Part shown: piece after piece, positions 11,657 to 20,480 of the stretch
Layout of the letters: every line of letters begins with the position of its first letter
Position numbering within the stretch: the first letter of the stretch is position 1
Assembly: GCA_963715195.1 (NCBI GenBank)
Contig: CAVQRT010000002.1
Location: 288,001-352,000, forward strand
Direction of reading: 5' to 3'
DNA length: 64,000 bases
DNA from: Thermodesulfovibrionales bacterium
Lineage (GTDB): Bacteria; Nitrospirota; Thermodesulfovibrionia; Thermodesulfovibrionales; SM23-35
The notes under the pieces: generated by a model
What the model was told of the DNA's origin: nothing
Database searches by the model: none
The model's input: the letters and a program-made list of their open reading frames with translations, nothing else
Position numbers and translations under genes: made by a program

Positions 11657-12847
11657 ATGCCCGACCTGGTAAAGGTATCCGTCGTCTTTGCGCTGATTCT
11701 TGTCCTGCTGAGGAAAAAACTGAATATCGGCATCGTGATGTCGATTGCTGCCTTTACTCTGTTCCTTCTCTACCAGATGTCACCCTCTTCAATCTTCCAA
11801 ACGTTCAGGGGTGCTGTATTGAATGATGTAACACTCAAACTTGTCTTTGCACTATCGTTTATCCGCATGTTTGAGCTCATACTCAGGGAACATAATGTCC
11901 TCACAGAGATGATGGGTGCGGTAAAGGCTCTGCTGAAAAACAGAAAACTGGTTACGATCTCGATGCCGCTCCTGATTGGTATGATACCGTCAGTCGGCGG
12001 CGCATATTTCTCTGCCCCCATGGTTGCAGAAGCAACCGGTGACATAAGCATGAGCCCCGAGGAGAAAGGATTCGTGAACTACTGGTTCAGGCATCCCTGG
12101 GAATATATCCTGCCGCTCTACCCGGGCATTCTCCTTGCAGCAGCCATTTCAGGAGTTGAACTCCATAATCTCATTACCGCAAATCTCTCTTATGCAATTC
12201 TTGTTCTCATAACAGGCTTTATCTTCGGAATGAACAGCCTGAAGGGGTCAGCAAGCTCAGAGAAAAGACTCTCGAAGAAGGGATTGTGGAGTTTTGCCCC
12301 GATTTTTATGGTCGTTGTGTTCGTTCTCTTCTTTCATATCGAATTACAGTATGCCCTGATTGCTCTCGTCGTCTTCTTATTCCTATTTTACCGTTACGAT
12401 GTGAAATCAGTATATGCAGCATTCAGGCATGGCTTTGCCCTTGATGTTATTATCCTCATTCTTGGGGTTATGTTCTTCAAGGAGGCAATGGAGAGTTCAG
12501 GAGCGGTAAAAAACCTGAGTACATTTTTTATCGAGCAGGGAATCCCCGCGTCACCCGTTCTTTTTCTCCTGCCTTTCGTAACCGGTTTGATCACCGGTAT
12601 CACCCTGGGTTTTGTAGGAAGCACGTTTCCGCTCATTATCCATATAGCAGGGAGTGCTTCCATTGCAGCCATATCGTTCGCTTTCGCCGCAGGATTCCTG
12701 GGCGTTCTTCTTTCCCCTGTTCACGTCTGTCTTGTCCTGACAAGGGAATACTTCAAAGCTGATCTCTGGGGAATGTATAAGATGATGCTGCCGGCCTGCA
12801 TCATCATTTTTGCAGCAGCAGTAATACAGTATATGCTATTGAGTTAG
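11657..12847 (+). CDS. DUF401-like multi-pass membrane protein (ion-transporter superfamily)
   Basis: Many TM segments; GGAYFSAPMV, NYWFRHPWEY, SPVHVCLVLT. Confidence 0.75.
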   Translation: MPDLVKVSVVFALILVLLRKKLNIGIVMSIAAFTLFLLYQMSPSSIFQTFRGAVLNDVTLKLVFALSFIRMFELILREHNVLTEMMGAVKALLKNRKLVTISMPLLIGMIPSVGGAYFSAPMVAEATGDISMSPEEKGFVNYWFRHPWEYILPLYPGILLAAAISGVELHNLITANLSYAILVLITGFIFGMNSLKGSASSEKRLSKKGLWSFAPIFMVVVFVLFFHIELQYALIALVVFLFLFYRYDVKSVYAAFRHGFALDVIILILGVMFFKEAMESSGAVKNLSTFFIEQGIPASPVLFLLPFVTGLITGITLGFVGSTFPLIIHIAGSASIAAISFAFAAGFLGVLLSPVHVCLVLTREYFKADLWGMYKMMLPACIIIFAAAVIQYMLLS

Positions 12848-12877
12848 TGACTCATAGCAAACGCTATTCTATATGGT

Positions 12878-12943
12878 TGTCATTCCCGCCTGCCGGGAAT
12901 CATTCCGAAAGCCAAGAAAGATTCTGGCCGAGCAGGAATGACG
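12878..12943. repeat. REP/MITE-like palindromic element, copy 3, between convergent genes
   Basis: TGTCATTCCCGCCTGCCGGGAATC...AGATTCTGGCCGAGCAGGAATGAC. Confidence 0.75.
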
Positions 12944-12964
12944 GACTTGGAGACTTGGGTTATA

Positions 12965-14410
12965 TCAGCCTTTTATCACTCCCATCGGCCTCAACCGCGC
13001 AACCTTCCGTGAAATCCCCGCTTTATGAACCACATCGACAACATTGGTAATGTCTTTATACGCTTCTGACATTTCTTCCGCAAGTGTTTCACGCCCTGCA
13101 GACCTGACAATAATCCCTCTGTCCTCCAACTCTCTCCAGATCGCACGTCCCTTTGCCTTTTTGATCGCCTGATGCCTCGACATCACCCTGCCTGCGCCAT
13201 GACAGGTCGATCCAAAGGTCTCCTTCATCGCTCTTTCAGTTCCCAGGAGGACAAATGATGCCCTGCCCATGTCACCCGGAATCAGCACCGGCTGTCCGAG
13301 CGGTCTGTAAATCCCGGGCAATTCGGGGTGATTCGGGGGAAAAGCCCTTGTAGCGCCCTTCCGGTGAACTATCAGTTTCAGTCTTCTACCGTTCACCTCA
13401 TGCTCTTCAATTTTGGCAATATTATGAGCAACATCGTATATGAGACTCATGCCGAGTTGCCCCGGTGACATTCCAAATACGCTGATAAACGTCTCCCGCG
13501 CCCAGTGCATAATGCATTGTCTGTTTGCCCATGCATAATTAGCAGCCGCCCGCATTGCAGCGAGATAATCCAGGGCCTCGGGGCTTCCGACAGGTGCACA
13601 GGCAAGTTCCTTGTCCGGGAGGTCGATCTTATATTTCCTTACCGCCCGTTCCATAACCTCAAGGAAGTCGGTGCATACCTGATGACCAAACCCCCTCGAA
13701 CCGGTATGGATCATGACCGTGACCTGATCCCTGAAAAAGCCTAAACCGTTTGCTGCCGCCTCATCGTAAATCTCGTCGACGTACTGCACCTCAAGAAAAT
13801 GATTGCCTGATCCGAGAGTCCCCTGTTGAGCCCTGCCGCGTTCAAATGCTTTTGCACTAATGAGAGAGGGGTCTGCACCGTCTATGCATCCGCCCGACTC
13901 TGTTTTTTCAAGGTCTTCGGCATATCCAAACCCCTGCTCCACAGCCCAGCGCGCTCCTTTGAGGAGGAGTTTTCTTTCGGCTTCAGCATCGAGGCGTATT
14001 TTACCCTTTGAGCCGATACCCGATGGTATTTGATTCTGAAGGACCCCTACGAGGTCTTTGATCCTCGGGGCAACCTCAGCCCTTGTGAGGTTGCTCCTGA
14101 GGAGACGAACCCCTCAGTTTATGTCATAACCAACGCCGCCAGGCGAGATGATGCCGTCCTGCATATCAAAGGCTGCCACCCCTCCAATAGCAAAACCGTA
14201 GCCCGTATGGATATCAGGCATCGCCAGCGATGATTTCACGATGCCCGGGAGCATTGCGACATTCGCTACCTGATCGATTGCTTGCATTTCAAGCTCCTGT
14301 TCCAGAATATCATCGACATAAATGACACCGTTCACCCTCATCCCCGGCTTGAAATCAACAGGGATTTCTATCTTAGTACCATCAATTCTCCTCAGTTTCT
14401 CTATTGCCAT
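12965..14410 (-). CDS. rtcB: RNA ligase RtcB (481 aa), predicted selenoprotein with Sec99 at the catalytic Cys position
   Basis: Single frame: [21 protein letters not shown]-[TGA 14116..14114]-[47 protein letters not shown]-terminal VIKG; no other internal stop. Confidence 0.9.
14062..14103 (-). promoter_or_regulatory. Candidate bacterial SECIS hairpin inside the rtcB CDS
   Basis: Starts 11 nt after the UGA: UCCUC-A-GG-A-GCAACCUCA[CAAGGGC]UGAGGUUGC-C-CC-GAGGA (16 bp, including a perfect 9-bp upper stem). Confidence 0.62.
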
Positions 14411-14631
14411 ATTGACCTCCGGTTCAGGTTATCACAAAAAATACATCCAAAAGTGCGGATGTTGTGAGAAAAATTATTTTTCGATACCGTAGTGTACACT
14501 GAACCGATGGTTAAGTGCATATTTTTACCCAGAGAGCGATGAAAGATATTTCAATCAAATCATCGGGTTAAATAATTTTTTGTCCGCCTCGGCGGATTCG
14601 CAGAGGCAAAAGGGATGTCTGAACTTTTGGG

Positions 14632-15096
14632 TTATATATCAAAAATAATCTCAGTCTCCCATATACGATCTTTTTTTTCTATTTTCAGACGGTGATAGGT
14701 GGCAGCCTTAATGAGCAGCTTTCCTTCATGGCGCTCCGAATCGAACTCCTCGCCATATACGATTGCCGTGATTCTGAAAGCCTCACCCACGAGCAGACCT
14801 CCTCCTCGAGTGGGGAGGGTAATGGAGGTGGTGAATTCAGTGATAGTAATTTTTTTGCCGATAAATCCGTAGGTGTCAAAATGAAAAATCAGCTCATTCA
14901 GCCACGAAACAAGGAGGCCATCGAGCGAATGACTTTCGACCGAAACTGTTATCGATTTTTGATCGGTGAGCAGATCGGTATTCGTAATGAGGCTGTACAT
15001 TCCCAGCGCAGCATGAACGAAGAGATCCTGTCTGCTCTTTCCGAAAGCCCTTATCCCGGCATCACCCGCAACGTCAAGGATTTCAAACTTTTCCAT
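14632..15096 (-). CDS. Archease (RtcB activating cofactor)
   Basis: FEILDVAGDAGIRAFG, LLVSWLNELIF, GEEFD, IKAATYH, C-terminal IFDI; directly upstream of rtcB. Confidence 0.9.
   Translation of the reverse strand: MEKFEILDVAGDAGIRAFGKSRQDLFVHAALGMYSLITNTDLLTDQKSITVSVESHSLDGLLVSWLNELIFHFDTYGFIGKKITITEFTTSITLPTRGGGLLVGEAFRITAIVYGEEFDSERHEGKLLIKAATYHRLKIEKKDRIWETEIIFDI
14783..14834. repeat. Palindromic repeat embedded in-frame in archease
   Basis: TCACC...CCTCCTCCTCGAGTGGGGAGG...GGTGA; encodes TTSITLPTRGGGLLVGE. Confidence 0.62.
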
Positions 15097-15124
15097 AAAA
15101 CCATTTGATTACAATGAAACCCCC

Positions 15125-16048
15125 TTACTTCTTTTCCGGTGCTTCTCCCTTATTGCCTTCGGGTTCGCCATTTGACTCTTCTTTCTTCTCTCCAGTTGCT
15201 GAGAGTTGTGAGACCGCCTCCTGGTTTATCTGCACGGTGTAGGTTTTTTTCAGGTCCTCGATGTACGAGTCAAAGAATTCTTTCTGTCTCTCTGCTGAAA
15301 CACGCTGGAAGAGCATACTCTTGATTTTTTCAAATTCAACAGGCTTCCCCTTCTTTTTGTCGGTAACCTTGATGATATGGTATCCGAATTTTGTCTTGAT
15401 CGGTACACTGCTGACTTCACCGGTCTTGAGTTTTTCAGCAGCAGCTTCGAATTCGGGGACCATCTGGCCGGGGGAGAAGTACCCGAGGTCTCCGCCGTTC
15501 CGGGCAGAACCAGTATCAATCGAACTCTTTTTTGCAATCGCTGCAAAATCTTCACCCTTCTTCAGTCTCTCCAGGATGTTCTTCGCCTCTTTCTCTGTTT
15601 TGACCAAAATATGGCTGGCTCTTATCTGGCTTACAGCGGAAAGCTCGTCCTTATGCTTGTCATAATAGTCTTTCACATCCTGCTCGGTGACCTTTGCCTT
15701 AAGCTCTATCTCCTTTTCAAGGAGCTGTCCGATAAGGGTAAGTTTCTTGAATTCTTCAAGTTTCTGCAAATATTCAGGGTCCTTTTGGAGTCCTTTTTTC
15801 ATGGCCTCCTGATACAGCAGCTCCTTCTTGATCATTTCATCGAGAAACTTCTCCTTTCCGGCAGTCCCCTCGAAAAGCTTCTGGGCAAACTCGGGCAGGT
15901 TCCTGAGGTCTCTTTCAAGATCATTTAGGGTTATTGTCTGGGAGCCGACTTTTGCAAGATACGGCCCTTTCTGCTCTCCTTTCCTGGCACAAGATACCGA
16001 TGCACAGAGGACAGCAAAGAAGAGTATCAAAACGAAAACATTTTTCAT
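15125..16048 (-). CDS. PpiC/parvulin-type peptidyl-prolyl isomerase lipoprotein (PrsA/SurA-like)
   Basis: Lipobox [39 protein letters not shown] 16048 preceded by AGGAGG. Confidence 0.9.
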   Translation of the reverse strand: MKNVFVLILFFAVLCASVSCARKGEQKGPYLAKVGSQTITLNDLERDLRNLPEFAQKLFEGTAGKEKFLDEMIKKELLYQEAMKKGLQKDPEYLQKLEEFKKLTLIGQLLEKEIELKAKVTEQDVKDYYDKHKDELSAVSQIRASHILVKTEKEAKNILERLKKGEDFAAIAKKSSIDTGSARNGGDLGYFSPGQMVPEFEAAAEKLKTGEVSSVPIKTKFGYHIIKVTDKKKGKPVEFEKIKSMLFQRVSAERQKEFFDSYIEDLKKTYTVQINQEAVSQLSATGEKKEESNGEPEGNKGEAPEKK

Positions 16049-16150
16049 GGAATCCTCCTGAGGTTGAATTTTACTTTTATAGCATAAGATGCATTCTTTT
16101 TGACACACAAAATTTATTGTGATAGATTACAAGAATCTGCTGAGGCGCTT

Positions 16151-17437
16151 GTGGAACGGCAAAAATCAAATCACCTTTACAAGATTGCGTCCGAACTCAT
16201 TCCGGGCGGAGTCAACAGCCCTGTGCGCGCCTTCCGCGCAGTCGGAGGGAATCCGGTATTTATTGAGCGGGCCCGGGGGTCAAAGATTTATGACGTTGAC
16301 GGGAATGTTTACATCGATTATGTCCTTTCGTGGGGTCCTTTGATACTCGGCCATGCCTGTCCGAAAGTCATCAATGCCCTTAAAAAAGCAGCGGAGAAAG
16401 GCACCAGTTACGGAGCTCCAACATCACTCGAGATTGAACTTGCGCAGCTTGTCCTGAAGGCTTACCCGTCTATGGATAAAGTCCGGATGGTCAACTCCGG
16501 TACTGAAGCAACAATGAGTGCAATCCGTGTTGCACGGGGTTTCACCGGACGGGACAAGATAATCAAGTTCGAGGGCTGCTATCACGGTCATGCAGACGAA
16601 ATGCTCGTTAAGGCCGGTTCAGGAGCCACAACCTTCGGAGTGCCGGACAGTCCTGGAGTGCCGAAGTCCTCTGCAAAAAACACCATTACGATTCCCTACA
16701 ATGACAGTGCTGCATTGAAAACAGCAATTACGAAAGAGTGGAAATCCATTGCGTGCGTAATCATTGAGCCAGTCGTGGGAAACATTGGCTGTGTATTGCC
16801 GAAACCCGGTTTTCTCGAAACAGTAAGAAAACTGACAGAACGCAATAATATCGTGCTCATTTTCGATGAGGTAATGACAGGGTTCAGGGTAGCCCGTGGC
16901 GGTGCACAGGCACACTATGGTATCAGACCTGACATGACGTGTCTCGGAAAGGTTATCGGTGGCGGTTTGCCTGTTGGCGCTTACGGGGGGAAGAAAGAAA
17001 TCATGTCCATGGTCTCCCCTGAGGGCCCTGTTTATCAGGCAGGCACCCTCTCAGGAAATCCGCTCGCAATGACAGCTGGGATAACAACCCTGAAGATACT
17101 CTCGAAAGATGGCATATATGACAAGCTCGAGCAGAAAGCATCCCTGCTCGAGAAAGGGCTTCGCGAAGCATCCCGTAAGGCGGGAATCAAGACTCGCTTC
17201 TACCGCGCCGGAACCATGTTCTGCAGCTATTTCACCGATACCGACGTTGTTGATTACAAAACAGCGAAGACTGCTGATACGGAAAAATTCGCCCGATTTT
17301 TTAAGGCGATGCTGAAAAGAGGTATCTATATCGCACCTTCCCAGTTCGAGGCTGGATTCCTCTCATTAGCACATGCAGACAACGACATCGAAAAGACTGT
17401 CAGGGCTGTATACGAATCACTGAAAGAAATCAAATAG
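16151..17437 (+). CDS. hemL: Glutamate-1-semialdehyde 2,1-aminomutase
   Basis: [53 protein letters not shown]; start uncertain (16100 or 16151). Confidence 0.96.
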   Translation: MERQKSNHLYKIASELIPGGVNSPVRAFRAVGGNPVFIERARGSKIYDVDGNVYIDYVLSWGPLILGHACPKVINALKKAAEKGTSYGAPTSLEIELAQLVLKAYPSMDKVRMVNSGTEATMSAIRVARGFTGRDKIIKFEGCYHGHADEMLVKAGSGATTFGVPDSPGVPKSSAKNTITIPYNDSAALKTAITKEWKSIACVIIEPVVGNIGCVLPKPGFLETVRKLTERNNIVLIFDEVMTGFRVARGGAQAHYGIRPDMTCLGKVIGGGLPVGAYGGKKEIMSMVSPEGPVYQAGTLSGNPLAMTAGITTLKILSKDGIYDKLEQKASLLEKGLREASRKAGIKTRFYRAGTMFCSYFTDTDVVDYKTAKTADTEKFARFFKAMLKRGIYIAPSQFEAGFLSLAHADNDIEKTVRAVYESLKEIK

Positions 17438-17451
17438 ATTCTCCGAACTGT

Positions 17452-17697
17452 ATGGCTGAGAAATCATTCTTCAGAAATCTCCTCGAGGCAAGTACGGTCG
17501 GCCTGAATCTCGTAATCGCTACCTTTATCGGTCTCGCAATGGGATACGGGCTTGACTATGCTATGGATAAGTGGTTTGGCTGGCATACCAAGCCATGGCT
17601 GACAATCATCTTCCTTTTCCTGGGAATCGTCTCAGGGTTCAGAGAACTGTTGAGGATGGCAAAAAAGGCAAGCAATGAATCTCAAAAGAATCTATAA
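17452..17697 (+). CDS. AtpZ/AtpI-family (ATP synthase gene 1) membrane protein
   Basis: GLAMGYGLD..W..TKPWLTIIFLFLGIVSGF. Confidence 0.82.
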   Translation: MAEKSFFRNLLEASTVGLNLVIATFIGLAMGYGLDYAMDKWFGWHTKPWLTIIFLFLGIVSGFRELLRMAKKASNESQKNL

Positions 17698-18079
17698 GCA
17701 GGGAACGATCATTCTTCTCTGCCTTTCGGCTGCTTCTGTTTTTTTCGACTGGAATAAGTTCCCTTTAAGTATTCTCATCGGGGGCCTGCTCGGGCTGGCC
17801 AATCTCAAGGGTCTTGCCTGGGGTTTGCGTGATTTTGCTGCATCCAGACCGACCGGACGGGTTATTTTCTGGAGCATGGTCAGGTTTTTCCTGCTCGGCC
17901 TGATCCTTTTCATCCTAGCATTGCTAAAATTGATCAATTTTATCGGCATTCTCATTGGATTCACGGTTGTTTTTATCCTGATTTTAAAAGAGGGGCTACA
18001 GACTGCAAAGGAATATTCTGAGACAGGGAAAGGCGATCAAACAAAACAGTCAATCAATTCCGCGGACGCGCAGAAATAA
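17675..18079 (+). CDS. atpI: ATP synthase subunit I-like membrane protein
   Basis: 4 TM segments, SILIGGLLGLAN, follows the AtpZ-like gene. Confidence 0.7.
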   Translation: MNLKRIYKQGTIILLCLSAASVFFDWNKFPLSILIGGLLGLANLKGLAWGLRDFAASRPTGRVIFWSMVRFFLLGLILFILALLKLINFIGILIGFTVVFILILKEGLQTAKEYSETGKGDQTKQSINSADAQK

Positions 18080-18134
18080 CTCTCTTCCACAAGGGATAGA
18101 GCTTCTGCATAATTTCGGGAGGAGGAAAATATCA

Positions 18135-18695
18135 ATGGACACTCAGGAACTTTTAAGACAAGCGCAGTTACTTTTTGCTGAAGGAAAAGATACGGAAAGC
18201 ATTGAAGCCTTCACGAAAGCGCTGGAGGCAGGGGCAGATCCCTACATTGCCCATTTGAGCCGCGGTGTTGGATATGTGAAGATTCAGGATATTGATAATG
18301 CACTTGCTGATTTCGGCAAAGCAATCAACCTGAACAAGCAGAGTGCGCGGGCGCACTTCTTCCGCGGCATGGCTTACATGATGAAAAACGAATTCGAGAA
18401 TGCAGTTTCAGACTTTACCCATGCACTGGAATATAAGAAGGATTACGGCATGGCCAAGTTCTGCCGCGCTGTTTCGAACGCCCGTTTGGGCAATTTCGAG
18501 GACTCCTCAAAAGATATGCTTGCTGTTCTGCCCCAGATGGAGGAGAATCTCCAGAGTTTTGCCGATACGTATGGCATTGTGAGAACCGAAATGTGGAAAG
18601 TAATGGCTCAATTATCAGGGGAGGCAAAAACCCCTACCATCGAATTACCAGAAAAAGATATCAGCACGCTGAAGAAATGGCTTGAACAGGAATAG
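18135..18695 (+). CDS. Tetratricopeptide repeat protein
   Basis: Repeated AH..RG..Y..A..DF..A TPR pattern; GGAGG RBS. Confidence 0.85.
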   Translation: MDTQELLRQAQLLFAEGKDTESIEAFTKALEAGADPYIAHLSRGVGYVKIQDIDNALADFGKAINLNKQSARAHFFRGMAYMMKNEFENAVSDFTHALEYKKDYGMAKFCRAVSNARLGNFEDSSKDMLAVLPQMEENLQSFADTYGIVRTEMWKVMAQLSGEAKTPTIELPEKDISTLKKWLEQE

Positions 18696-18712
18696 CGTTC
18701 ATCGGGGGCGAA

Positions 18713-20140
18713 TCAAGAAACCAAATGAAGCTGCCTGAGCATCCTAAGCCGGTAAGGATGCTTGAGTTTTCTCATCGCTTTCACCTCGATTTGCCGGACT
18801 CTTTCCCGCGTGATGGAGAGTTGCTTGCCTATTTCATCGAGGGTATGGTCCCTGTCAACACCGATGCCAAATCTCATGCGTATGACCATCTCCTCTCTGG
18901 GGTTCAGCGTTGTCTTGAGGATTTGCAATAAGACTTCCGTTGTCTTGTTCTTTTCTGTATCGTCATAGGGAGAAAAACTGCTGTCGCCGATGAAATCTTC
19001 CAGTGTCGCCTCATCATCTCCGATCGGGGTTTGCAAAGTCACCGGATCCTGAACAGCTCTCAGAACGGCTTCTACCTTCCGGACGGGCATGCCGATTTTT
19101 TGTGCAATCTCCTCGGTACCCGGTTCCCGCCCGAATTGTTGCGTCAGTTCCTTCGAGGCATTGTTTATCTTGTTATTCAACTCCATCATGTGAACCGGCA
19201 CCCGTATGGTCTTTGTCTGTTCCACCAGAGCCCTGGTAATCGCCTGCTTTATCCACCAGGTAGCGTAGGTGCTGAACTTGAATCCCATGGTATAGTCAAA
19301 CCGTTCTATAGCTTTCATCAGCCCGATATTTCCCTCCTGAATGAGATCAAGCAGGGAAAGACCCCTCCCGATATAATGCTTTGCAATATTGATGACGAGC
19401 CGCAGGTTATGAATAATGAGTTCATTTTTTGCTTTGGACACAACTTCACGTGCGAGCGCAACCTGATGGTATTCCTGCTTCAGTTCATCTATCGCAATGC
19501 CGACCTCAGATTCAACCCGTTTCTGCTCTGCTTCCAGTGCTTCCGGAAACCGGCGAAGCTTCGCCGGTTTCTGCCCTCTTTTCTTCCTTTGCGGCACCCC
19601 TGTTTTGCATTTCCGAAGGTTTTCGCAATGGAAGTATTTTCGCTCGGTCACAGCAATTTCTTCCATAAGATCGTCAAGTCTTGCCAGGCTCTTTCTCAAT
19701 GCTTGCTCTGCCATATCATCTTCGGAGCCATCATATTCCTCGAGTTCCCGCGAATCAAGCAGATCAAGGATATTCTTGTATAAGGGAAGAACGGTAATGG
19801 TTTTCTTAATAACCTCGTTACCCACCTCTATTCTCAGTGCAAGTCCCGTTTCTTCATCCCTTGAAAGGATAGAGATATCACCCATGGAGTGGAAATACGC
19901 CTGAATGAGATCATCACTCTTTTCGTGTGATTCCTTTTCCTCAGGAATGTCTTCTTCGCCCTGGGCACCCTCGGTATTTACCACCTTTACGCCCATATCC
20001 TGGAGAAGAGTCATAAAATCCTCCAGTTCCTCCTCGGCAATAAAATCCTGCGGGAGAGCATGCTGAATTTCATCGTGGGTAAGAAACCCGCGCCTCTTCC
20101 CCAGATCAATGACCTCTTCAAAAATATCCCACTCTTTCAT
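18713..20140 (-). CDS. RpoD-like sigma-70 factor paralog
   Basis: Region 1.1 (GKRRGFLTHDEI), region 2 (DLIQEGNIGLMKA..FSTYATWWIKQ), region 4 (TLDEIG..TRERVRQIE); not next to dnaG. Confidence 0.9.
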   Translation of the reverse strand: MKEWDIFEEVIDLGKRRGFLTHDEIQHALPQDFIAEEELEDFMTLLQDMGVKVVNTEGAQGEEDIPEEKESHEKSDDLIQAYFHSMGDISILSRDEETGLALRIEVGNEVIKKTITVLPLYKNILDLLDSRELEEYDGSEDDMAEQALRKSLARLDDLMEEIAVTERKYFHCENLRKCKTGVPQRKKRGQKPAKLRRFPEALEAEQKRVESEVGIAIDELKQEYHQVALAREVVSKAKNELIIHNLRLVINIAKHYIGRGLSLLDLIQEGNIGLMKAIERFDYTMGFKFSTYATWWIKQAITRALVEQTKTIRVPVHMMELNNKINNASKELTQQFGREPGTEEIAQKIGMPVRKVEAVLRAVQDPVTLQTPIGDDEATLEDFIGDSSFSPYDDTEKNKTTEVLLQILKTTLNPREEMVIRMRFGIGVDRDHTLDEIGKQLSITRERVRQIEVKAMRKLKHPYRLRMLRQLHLVS

Positions 20141-20191
20141 GCCGTTGCCTTCATATGACTGATCTTTACCCTAAGATCGCATGGTTGCGGT

Positions 20192-20365
20192 TCAGGACTT
20201 GCGATTCTTCTGTCTATGCTCTTCCTGGGACAGGAGAGAAGAAGCTTCATACCCTATTTCGTCGATGGTAAACGAATTATTTCTCGTTATCCCTTCCTCC
20301 GGTTTGGAGTCAGGTTTGAGTCTTATGCCCTTCAGTTTCCTGAAAATTCGCTCTATGCGGAACAT
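20192..20365 (-). CDS. Small hypothetical protein (57 aa) upstream of the sigma gene
   Basis: ATG 20365, downstream of a sigma-54 motif; no recognisable domain. Confidence 0.4.
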   Translation of the reverse strand: MFRIERIFRKLKGIRLKPDSKPEEGITRNNSFTIDEIGYEASSLLSQEEHRQKNRKS

Positions 20366-20416
20366 ATTCTCTGAGTGTTTCTCCTTGAATGTTATCAACA
20401 AATATATTGATAATTA

Positions 20417-20432
20417 AGCAATATATATGCCA
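20417..20432 (-). promoter_or_regulatory. Sigma-54 (-24/-12) promoter
   Basis: Minus strand TGGCATATATATTGCT, with exact GG-N10-GC spacing. Confidence 0.68.
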
Positions 20433-20480
20433 TTATTCCCGTAATGGAGATGAAAAAACTGGGGGCTGATCAGGAACTGA

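Noticed and set aside
14114..14116. rtcB as a nonsense pseudogene, or UGA reassigned genome-wide to Trp or Gly
   Set aside because: The stop falls exactly on the catalytic Cys, the rest of the gene is intact and a hairpin follows. UGA terminates uxs, ZIP, pyrB and rtcB itself. A one-off nonsense mutation remains formally possible but is less parsimonious.
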